The notes: generated by a model from the sequence alone, not told the origin. Shown: positions 1 to 7,070, counted from the stretch's first letter. The stretch: DNA of 32,000 nt from Silvanigrella paludirubra (GCF_009208775.1 NZ_WFLM01000003.1:69374-101373), one strand, 5' to 3'. Numbers and translations are program-made.

Positions 1-858
1 TATAATGGAAAAACATATATTGATTATCCAATCTACTTAGGAAATAATTATAAGATTCCATTATTTGTTAGAGAAGGTGCTATTATTCCTCAAATGTTGG
101 TCGATGATAAAACAATGGATATGCTAGGGCTAAGAAGTGATGGAAGTAAAATAAATGATCTCATTTTAAAAGTAGTGCCGAGCAATAATAAAAGTGAATT
201 TACTTTATATGAAGATGATGGTCATTCTATAGATTATAAATCATCTAAATATTCTCAAACTTTAATTTCACAAATTAGATCAGGAAATAATATAACAGTG
301 TCTGTTTCTGCAATTCAAGGAAATTATAATGGAATGCCATTAAAGAGAAAACAATCTGTTGAAATTGCAATTCCAAACGAGACTTTATTATCAATAAATA
401 TAAATGGCAGTCTCTTAAATAAATGCACTGAAAATATAAATGAAAACTGCTGGACACAATCTAGCAGAAATTCTGTAATAGCAAAATTAGGGTATATAGC
501 TACAAATACATCCACTATTTATTCCTTTTCTCTAAAACAAAATGGAAGTAATTATTCGCAGTATAACTTTACATGTTTTAATTCTACAACAAAAACTGGT
601 GAATCTGTTTATATATTAGGTAATACTCCTGAACTTGGAAATTGGGATACATCAAAAGCAATTAAATTAAATCCCGTTGAATATCCAACTTGGTCAGGTT
701 ATTTTTCAAATATTTCTTCAAATACAAATAATATTCAATGGAAATGCCTTAAAAAGAATGATCAATCAAATAATGTTATACAATGGCAAAATGGTCCCAA
801 TAATACATTCAATTCAGTTGTTCGAGGATATGGAGGAAATGTTCAAGGTAGTTTTTAA
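1..858 (+). CDS. glycoside hydrolase, 3' part (GH31-like alpha-glucosidase C-terminus) with C-terminal CBM20 starch-binding module; 5' end lies outside the window
   Basis: Frame 1 is open from nt 1 (YNGKTYIDYPIYLGNNYKIPLFVREGAIIPQ...), so the listed ORF 94..858 is only an internal Met. PLFVREGAIIP resembles the conserved GH31 strand after the catalytic barrel. The last ~90 aa (GESVYILGNTPELGNWDTSKAIKL...IQWKCLKK...VIQWQNGPNNTF) match the CBM20 pattern (LGxW, aromatic platform, W-x-x-G-x-N). Confidence 0.6.
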   Translation, partial: YNGKTYIDYPIYLGNNYKIPLFVREGAIIPQMLVDDKTMDMLGLRSDGSKINDLILKVVPSNNKSEFTLYEDDGHSIDYKSSKYSQTLISQIRSGNNITVSVSAIQGNYNGMPLKRKQSVEIAIPNETLLSININGSLLNKCTENINENCWTQSSRNSVIAKLGYIATNTSTIYSFSLKQNGSNYSQYNFTCFNSTTKTGESVYILGNTPELGNWDTSKAIKLNPVEYPTWSGYFSNISSNTNNIQWKCLKKNDQSNNVIQWQNGPNNTFNSVVRGYGGNVQGSF

Positions 859-910
859 ATAAAAATATTATCTATTTAAAAACTTGATATTTATTTTGCG
901 TCAAATTCAT

Positions 911-952
911 TTATAGAGACTAATATTGTTATTTTATATTCAGTCTCTATAA
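911..952 (+). terminator. possible terminator or regulatory hairpin downstream of the glycosidase gene
   Basis: Perfect inverted repeat TTATAGAGACT (911-921) / AGTCTCTATAA (942-952) with a 20-nt loop, followed by the T-rich TTTATTAT. The long loop and A/T-rich stem make function uncertain. Confidence 0.3.
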
Positions 953-987
953 TTTATTATATGATAAATTTTTTATGGAGTTTTTAA

Positions 988-1518
988 ATGGTAAAAAAGA
1001 TTATTCTTATCATATTATTATTAATTGGATGTGTGCTTGGATACGCGGCATTTCAGCCATCTGAATATGTTATTGAAAGATCCATCCGAATAACAGCATC
1101 ACAACAAACCATATTTGCAAATGTAAATGATTTAAAAAAATTTAATGAATGGAACCCTTGGGCTAAACTCGACCCACAAACAAAAATGACATTTGATGGT
1201 CCAACAGAAGGATTAGGAGCAAGTTACAAATGGGAAGGAAACAATGAAGTTGGCGCAGGACGCATGTCAATCCAAAAAAGTGTACCAAATAATTTGGTCC
1301 AAATGAAACTTGAAATGTTTAAACCTTTTGAAGACGTCAGCTTTGTTGAATTTATCTTGAAACCTGAAGGCAGGGAAACTCTTATCACTTGGAGTATGAA
1401 AGGCAATGCCAACTACATATATAAATTATTATGTTTATTTATTAATAGAGATAAATTGGTTGGAAAAGAATTTGAAAAAGGACTTTCAAACTTAAAATTA
1501 ATGTCTGAAAAGAAGTGA
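988..1518 (+). CDS. SRPBCC-superfamily (polyketide cyclase/START-like) protein with N-terminal membrane anchor or signal
   Basis: 176 aa. GGAG lies 8 nt upstream of the ATG. Hydrophobic N-terminus KKIILIILLLIGCVLGYAAF. The body has the typical length and pattern of Polyketide_cyc2/SRPBCC proteins (WNPW...GxGxxYxW..., alternating beta pattern). Family call is by recollection only. Confidence 0.55.
   Translation: MVKKIILIILLLIGCVLGYAAFQPSEYVIERSIRITASQQTIFANVNDLKKFNEWNPWAKLDPQTKMTFDGPTEGLGASYKWEGNNEVGAGRMSIQKSVPNNLVQMKLEMFKPFEDVSFVEFILKPEGRETLITWSMKGNANYIYKLLCLFINRDKLVGKEFEKGLSNLKLMSEKK
1359..1518 (+). repeat. left copy of 160-nt direct repeat (3' end of the intact SRPBCC gene)
   Basis: Aligns base for base with 6013-6172 at an offset of 4654 nt. 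I count 5 mismatches: 1365, 1394, 1512, 1515 and 1517. Confidence 0.95.
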
Positions 1519-1632
1519 GGGGTTAAGACTCAACCTTAATTTTATCTGACGAAGATATTTACGTGTAATTCATTCTGTTCCATTCAAATTTTGCAAAAGA
1601 TATTTCATTTAGATATTAACTGCCAAAATAAT

Positions 1633-2391
1633 TTACATGTAAAGACCTCCATTAACAGAAATATCTGTGCCTGTAATAAATCCCGAATCTCTGCTGGCTA
1701 AAAAAGTAGCAATTCTAGCGACTTCATAAGTAGTGCCTAAACGTTTTTTAGGGACTCGACTAATAATTATATCCAATTCAGAATTATCTAATGTGGCGGT
1801 GAGATCTGTATTTATGTACCCAGGAGATATTGTATTTACAGTAATATCATAAGACGCTAGTTCTTGTGCAAGAGATTTAGTAAATCCATACATTGCTGAC
1901 TTTGTAGAACAATAATTTGATTCTTTTGATTGACCTTTATGCCCATTTACAGATGAAATATTAATAATTCTACCGAAATTATTATTTTTCATACATTTAA
2001 CTACTGGGTGAGTAATATTATATAAACTAGAAAAGTTTACATCAACAACTGTATTCCATTCAACAAAACTCATTTCAGAAAATTCTTTGTTTCTAGTAAT
2101 TCCAACGTTATTAACAAGGACATCAATTTTACTATTTTTTTGGATGATTTCAATAATTATTTTATCTATTGCCTCTTTATCTGTAATATCTGCTCTAATA
2201 ATATTAAAGAAGTTAAGATATTTATATTTCATTAAGTTATAAAATTCGACTGCCATTATATCATTTTTTTCATATAGAGCGTATACAATTGAACCATGTT
2301 TTAAAAAATCTTCAGATATGGCTTTACCAATACCTCTTGTTCCACCCGTCACAATTACAACATTTGAATTTACTGTGCTTTTATAATTCAT
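1633..2391 (-). CDS. classical short-chain dehydrogenase/reductase (FabG-like)
   Basis: TGGTRGIGKAI cofactor motif, NNVGI, catalytic S...YCSTK (YxxxK) and the PG motif SPGYINTD. Start moved to the ATG at 2391 (MNYKST...), which overlaps the xylA stop by 11 nt. The ORF-track start at 2430 would extend further into xylA. Confidence 0.85.
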   Translation of the reverse strand: MNYKSTVNSNVVIVTGGTRGIGKAISEDFLKHGSIVYALYEKNDIMAVEFYNLMKYKYLNFFNIIRADITDKEAIDKIIIEIIQKNSKIDVLVNNVGITRNKEFSEMSFVEWNTVVDVNFSSLYNITHPVVKCMKNNNFGRIINISSVNGHKGQSKESNYCSTKSAMYGFTKSLAQELASYDITVNTISPGYINTDLTATLDNSELDIIISRVPKKRLGTTYEVARIATFLASRDSGFITGTDISVNGGLYM

Positions 2392-3706
2392 TTTTAAATT
2401 CCCATAAATATTTGTTATATAAATTTTCAATTAATTCATGATTTTCAGAAACTACTTTTGGATTCAGATTATTAAGTAACATATGATCATAGAGATCTTT
2501 TAAGGAAAGTTCACTATTCATGATGCTATTTCCAAATTTTGAGTTCCATGCAGCATATTTATTTTTTATAATATCATCAAAAAAATTATCATTTATGATC
2601 TTTTCTGCAATTAATAAACTTTTTGCTAGTAAGTCAATTCCACCAATATGACTATAAAACAAATCATTTAAATCAGTACTTTGTCTTCGCAATTTTGCGT
2701 CAAAATTAAACCCACCATTTTTAAATCCACCATGCCTTAATATCGAATATATAATAAAGACTGTTTCATCTAAATTATTTGGAAATTGATCTGTATCCCA
2801 ACCAAGCTGTGGATCACCTCTATTTGCATCAATACTTCCAAAAATATTAAGATTAAACGCAGTTTCAACTTCGTGAGCAAAAGAATGACCTGCTAATGTT
2901 GCATGATTTGCTTCGATATTTACTTTTACTTCATTTTCTAAACCATAATTTTTTAGAAATGCGAATACAGTGGAAACATCAAAATCATATTGATGTTTAG
3001 TTGGCTCACATGGTTTTGGTTCAATTAAAATATCACCTTTAAAGCCTATTTTGTGTTTGTATTCAACAACTAGATTAACAAATTTACCGAGCTGCTTAAT
3101 TTCTCTGTTCATAGATGTATTTAAAATAGAAGTATAACCCTCTCTTCCTCCCCATAAGACATAATTTTGACCATTTAATTTGTGAGTTAGATCCATGGCA
3201 TTTTTAACTTTTGCCGCAGCATAACAAAATATTTCAGGGTTAGGATTCGTAGATGCGCCAGACATAAAGCGAGGATGAGAAAATAAATTAGAAGTTCCCA
3301 ATAATAACTTGATTTTTGTATATTCCATTTTTTTTAAGATATAATCTGTATGTCGTTTTGTTTTATCAACAAATTCTGCAAACGAATCAGATTCAGATAT
3401 TAAATCCGTATCATGAAAAGAAAAATATGGAACTCCCAATTTACTAATAAACTCAAACAAAGCATCTGTTTTTGCATAATCGAGATTAGATGAATCTTTA
3501 AACCAGTTACGTTTGAATGTACTCTCTCCAAATATATCATTACCCTGCCAACAGATAGTATGCCAACAGCATATACCAATTTTTAAAATATCCTCCATAC
3601 GCTGACCTAATACAATTTTATTTGGATTATAGTATCGATAAGCTAAGTTATTTCTTGAAGAAGAACCTTCATACATGATTTTTTCAACATTAGGAAAATA
3701 AGTCAT
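2381..3706 (-). CDS. xylA: xylose isomerase, class II (long) type
   Basis: 441 aa with long blocks that I recognise from E. coli/Bacillus XylA: FSFHDTD, YVLWGGREGY, LIEPKPCEPTKHQYDFD, NIEANHATLAGHSFAHE, DANRGDPQLGWDTDQFP, NFDAKLRRQSTD. All metal and catalytic positions appear intact. Confidence 0.92.
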   Translation of the reverse strand: MTYFPNVEKIMYEGSSSRNNLAYRYYNPNKIVLGQRMEDILKIGICCWHTICWQGNDIFGESTFKRNWFKDSSNLDYAKTDALFEFISKLGVPYFSFHDTDLISESDSFAEFVDKTKRHTDYILKKMEYTKIKLLLGTSNLFSHPRFMSGASTNPNPEIFCYAAAKVKNAMDLTHKLNGQNYVLWGGREGYTSILNTSMNREIKQLGKFVNLVVEYKHKIGFKGDILIEPKPCEPTKHQYDFDVSTVFAFLKNYGLENEVKVNIEANHATLAGHSFAHEVETAFNLNIFGSIDANRGDPQLGWDTDQFPNNLDETVFIIYSILRHGGFKNGGFNFDAKLRRQSTDLNDLFYSHIGGIDLLAKSLLIAEKIINDNFFDDIIKNKYAAWNSKFGNSIMNSELSLKDLYDHMLLNNLNPKVVSENHELIENLYNKYLWEFKNEL

Positions 3707-3710
3707 TTTT

Positions 3711-5438
3711 TTATTCTCTATTAAAAGTGTTTAAGTTTTTTAAAGCTAAGGATATTTCATCAATATTAATATCATTAACAAATACATGATTCCCTATTCC
3801 ATTAGGTAACGGAACTCTTTGATAGCCATCTCTGTGTAAAACACGTTCCTGTAAACTATTATATAATTTATTAGCAGATAATTTTGTACTTATTGGCAAA
3901 CCAAATTTTTTAATTAATTCTTTTATTCTTGATAATTCAGAGATAGAAATTAAATTTCTATTAAAAGCAATGATTGACGATATTAAAATATCAACCGCTA
4001 CCGCTTCACCGTGCAACAAATTTTCATCATCTGACATTTCAATAACTAAGCTAAAGGTATGACCAAAATCTACTATTCTTTCTAAGTCAAGCTCCAGGAA
4101 GTTATATTTTAACTCTTCAATCATATCATTTATTGATATATTTAAAATATCTCTTCCTAATAAATTTTGAAATTTATCCGTAATGGAAGTTACACCATGA
4201 TTTTCTAGTAACTCAAATAAATACTTATTTTTAATAACCCCTAATTTAATAATTTCACCAACCCCATTAATTAATTCTCTATCAGGTAGTGTTCTTAAAA
4301 ATGTTGAATCAAGAATACAACATAATGGGGAAGCAAAAGATCCAATTCTGTTTTTATTTTGATTAAAATTTATTCCAGTTTTAATTCCGATTGACGCATC
4401 AATATATCCCATTAAAGTTGTAGGAATTTTAATACAAGGAATACCTCTCCTATATATACTAGCAACAAATCCAGCTAAATCCGTTAATACACCACCACCA
4501 ATTGCAACAATTGGTTGACTACGACGTTGTACACCAAAATCATCTAATATTGTAATTAATTTAATTACATTTGTAATATTTTTATTTTCTTCTCCAGATT
4601 CAAATATAATTGAGTTATATTTTATTTTAAATTTATCAAAAAAGTTATTTATCATATAAATTTGCTCTTTGGATAGTCCAGAATCTAAAATAAGAAATAC
4701 CGCGTTTATTTCTTTAAATATTTTATCAAACATGATATTACTATGGGTGCTAAAAGCATTTCTTAATTCATAAATTTTGTATTCAATAAATGAATCTGAT
4801 TTAATGCTTCCATTAATTTCATTAATAAATGATTTTCCTTCAAATTTATCAATATCGATAAACTTCATATTTGCATTACGTGCAGCTTGAAATCCTGCCT
4901 CAGAATCTTCAAAGACTAAACAATTTTCAGGTGCAACTTTGTGCCTGATGGCTGCTTCAAGAAATAAGTCTGGTTCAGGTTTACCTAATTTAACATCATT
5001 AATTGTAATAATGTCAACAAAATATTTTGTTAAATTATTTATTGCAAGCATTTTACGTATAACTTCTGTTTCTCCTCCAGAAGCTACAATTAATGGTAAA
5101 ACCCCATAATATTTTTTAATAATATTAAGTGTCTTTTCAAATGGCTTCACTTTATTTATATAATTTTTAACGAAAATTTCATCTTTAAGCGCAATCGCTT
5201 TTTTAACATCTAAGCAATAATTTAATTGATGATTTAATACTTTTACTAATTCATCACCACTCGTTCCAGCGTAAGTATCAACAAATTCTTGATTAGATAC
5301 AAAAACACAACCTAATAAACTGTAAGTATCATTCCACGCTTTATAATGCGCCCATACGGTATCCATTAAAGTTCCGTCACAATCAAATATTAAAAGCTCT
5401 GTTTTGTTAAAATCGATAAATTTTTCTAAATATTCCAC
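3711..5438 (-). CDS. fusion protein: N-terminal HAD-IA phosphatase/phosphomutase domain plus C-terminal sugar phosphate cyclase (3-dehydroquinate synthase superfamily, EEVS/DDGS-like)
   Basis: GTG start at 5438 with AAGGA 5 nt upstream. HAD motifs: I FDCDGTLMDT, II IVASGG, III GKPEPD, IV FEDSEAG. Cyclase motifs: IGGGVLTDLAGFVASIYRRGIPCIKIPTTLMGYIDASIGIKTGINF, KNRIGSF, NGVGEIIKLG, DFGHTFS, LLHGEAVAVD. KNRxG and D-A-x-x-G-x-K-T-G-x-N-F resemble 2-epi-5-epi-valiolone-synthase-type enzymes more than AroB (KNLIGAF). The stop lies 4 nt from the xylA start. Confidence 0.75.
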   Translation of the reverse strand: MEYLEKFIDFNKTELLIFDCDGTLMDTVWAHYKAWNDTYSLLGCVFVSNQEFVDTYAGTSGDELVKVLNHQLNYCLDVKKAIALKDEIFVKNYINKVKPFEKTLNIIKKYYGVLPLIVASGGETEVIRKMLAINNLTKYFVDIITINDVKLGKPEPDLFLEAAIRHKVAPENCLVFEDSEAGFQAARNANMKFIDIDKFEGKSFINEINGSIKSDSFIEYKIYELRNAFSTHSNIMFDKIFKEINAVFLILDSGLSKEQIYMINNFFDKFKIKYNSIIFESGEENKNITNVIKLITILDDFGVQRRSQPIVAIGGGVLTDLAGFVASIYRRGIPCIKIPTTLMGYIDASIGIKTGINFNQNKNRIGSFASPLCCILDSTFLRTLPDRELINGVGEIIKLGVIKNKYLFELLENHGVTSITDKFQNLLGRDILNISINDMIEELKYNFLELDLERIVDFGHTFSLVIEMSDDENLLHGEAVAVDILISSIIAFNRNLISISELSRIKELIKKFGLPISTKLSANKLYNSLQERVLHRDGYQRVPLPNGIGNHVFVNDINIDEISLALKNLNTFNRE

Positions 5439-6012
5439 TTTAATCCTTCATTAAATAAAATTTAATTTATAACAACATTATTATAAATAAAAATAGATAT
5501 ATTCTAAAATAATATAAACAAATAAAGAATATTAATAAAATAGTCATATTTTAATTTTCATATAAAATTCAAATATGAGGTAATTAAACACATATTTTAT
5601 ATGTTTTCACGATAATTATATTTAAAATAAAAAAAGTTTATTTATAAAATTAGAACATAATTTAGAATATAAACCATGCGCAGCATCATGTTACGAATAG
5701 CATTTTGCAAATATCCAGTCAAATAATAAATTGGTTTATTTTTTTTAAATATTTTACAATATTAATTATAAATTAAATCGTTTTATCTAAAATATTATTT
5801 ATTCAATAAAATGTTATGAGTAGCTCATTATAAATATGAGTTTTTATAAAATAAATTCACTCTTCTTAAAATCTATGAAAATTAACAATTACTTTTAATT
5901 TGACATTAACCATTCTTCTTTTTTATATTAGCAAATATTTTTCATCATAATATTTCCATCTTGTTTTATAACTACACAAATATTGATTATTTTTTAAATA
6001 AGTTCATTTATA

Positions 6013-6172
6013 GAAACCAGAAGGCAGGGAAACTCTTATCACTTGGAATATGAAAGGCAATGCCAACTACATATATAAATTATTATGTTTATTTATTAAT
6101 AGAGATAAATTGGTTGGAAAAGAATTTGAAAAAGGACTTTCAAACTTAAAATTAATGTCTGAAAAAAACTAA
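6013..6172 (+). pseudogene. orphan 3' fragment of the SRPBCC gene (right copy of the 160-nt direct repeat)
   Basis: Encodes KPEGRETLITWNMKGNANYIYKLLCLFINRDKLVGKEFEKGLSNLKLMSEKN*, in frame and with its own stop. An in-frame TAG (6011-6013) closes it at the homology boundary. It has no start codon or RBS. Confidence 0.9.
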
Positions 6173-6183
6173 AAATTTGAAAA

Positions 6184-6687
6184 TTAATAAGCTCCATCCG
6201 CATAAATCATTTCATATGAATGAGAATATATTTCAATAATATTTCCAAAGGGATCTTCACAATAAACCATGCTAAAAGGTTTTACTCCTGGATTAAAGTA
6301 ACGAACTGGCATTCTTTGCTTGCCGCCTGCTTCTACAATTTTTTCTGCAAGTTCTTCAACATTTGGATCTTGAACACAAAAATGAAACAGTCCTGTTTTA
6401 AATGGAAAAAATTCAGGCATTGGCAATGAATTTGTTTGAGGAAACTCAAACAACTCAACCCCTATTTTATCTGAAGTTGATAAATGAGCAATTCTAAAAC
6501 TTCCGTAACCAGGTCCAAAAACATCTTTACACATCATACCAATAACAGATTTTGGATCTTCTCTAATTTCAGTTGGACGCATAATCATATAAAAACCTAA
6601 AACTTCTTCGTAAAACTGAATCGCTTTTTCTAAATCAGGGACAGTAATTCCGATATGAGAAAACGCTCTAGGGTATGGTTTATTCAT
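6184..6687 (-). CDS. VOC-family (glyoxalase/bleomycin-resistance/dioxygenase fold) protein
   Basis: FSHIGITVPDLEKAIQFYEEVLGF is a typical VOC N-terminal beta-alpha-beta-beta-beta module, and a second module is present (HFCVQDPNVEELAEKIVEAGG...DPFGNIIEI). Start set at the ATG at 6687, preceded by AAGGAG. The upstream extension to 6738 has no RBS. Confidence 0.75.
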   Translation of the reverse strand: MNKPYPRAFSHIGITVPDLEKAIQFYEEVLGFYMIMRPTEIREDPKSVIGMMCKDVFGPGYGSFRIAHLSTSDKIGVELFEFPQTNSLPMPEFFPFKTGLFHFCVQDPNVEELAEKIVEAGGKQRMPVRYFNPGVKPFSMVYCEDPFGNIIEIYSHSYEMIYADGAY

Positions 6688-6853
6688 TATATACTCCTTA
6701 TAAATTTTAGTTTTTAGTATGTAATGCAAAAGAAACATGAAATTATGGCGTAGGACAAAATTAAGTTAACATATTTATTATTTTTGTCAAATAAATTGAG
6801 AGTATAAATTCATTTACTTTTTTTTAAACTTAAAATTTAAAAATAAATATATT

Positions 6854-6997
6854 TTATGGATAATAAGGAGGTGAAGGATTTATAAAAATACAATGTTCCG
6901 GTTTACTCCAAATTAAAAAACATATATTTGCAGAAGCAATATTACTCACAAAAAGGAACCCAATAATAAATAAAGTAGAAAGAAGTTTTAATTTCAT
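6854..6997 (-). CDS. small secreted peptide precursor (47 aa), absent from the supplied ORF track
   Basis: My translation is MKLKLLSTLFIIGFLFVSNIASA/NICFLIWSKPEHCIFINPSPPYYP*. It has a classical Sec signal (K-rich n-region, hydrophobic core, A-S-A cleavage motif). The predicted mature peptide is 24 aa with 2 Cys and a Pro/Tyr-rich tail. GGGGTGA lies just upstream of the ATG and a TTGACA-17-TATTAG promoter lies ~45 nt upstream. Confidence 0.45.
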   Translation of the reverse strand: MKLKLLSTLFIIGFLFVSNIASANICFLIWSKPEHCIFINPSPPYYP

Positions 6998-7041
6998 ATA
7001 TCACCCCTATTTAATAAAGAAATACTTTTAATTCATCGTTA

Positions 7042-7070
7042 CTAATAAACCATTTATTTATATTTGTCAA
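7042..7070 (-). promoter_or_regulatory. sigma70-type promoter for the small peptide gene
   Basis: On the minus strand: TTGACA (7070-7065), a 17-nt spacer, then TATTAG (7047-7042). The -35 is perfect and the -10 matches 4 of 6. Confidence 0.35.

Larger units (their letters stand above)
1519..6012. mobile_element. putative inserted islet bracketed by the 160-nt direct repeats; cargo is the SDR-xylA-HAD/cyclase operon plus a 574-bp AT-rich spacer; no recombinase gene
   Basis: A duplicated gene 3' end flanks the segment and homology stops abruptly at both outer edges. The right copy abuts the likely ancestral neighbour, the convergent VOC gene. No integrase or transposase ORF is present, so mobility is inferred and not demonstrated. 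Confidence 0.45.

Noticed and set aside
1519-6012. An integrase, transposase or excisionase gene, or terminal inverted repeats, that would make the islet a classical mobile element.
   Set aside because: I found none on either strand. The only ORFs are the three metabolic genes. I therefore describe the region as a repeat-bounded insert, not as a defined transposon, ICE or prophage.
6865-6874. A very strong Shine-Dalgarno-like AAGGAGGTGA on the plus strand.
   Set aside because: No usable start codon follows at proper spacing; the nearest ATG is ~20 nt away and opens a 7-codon frame. The motif is simply the complement of the SPPYY codons of the minus-strand peptide gene.
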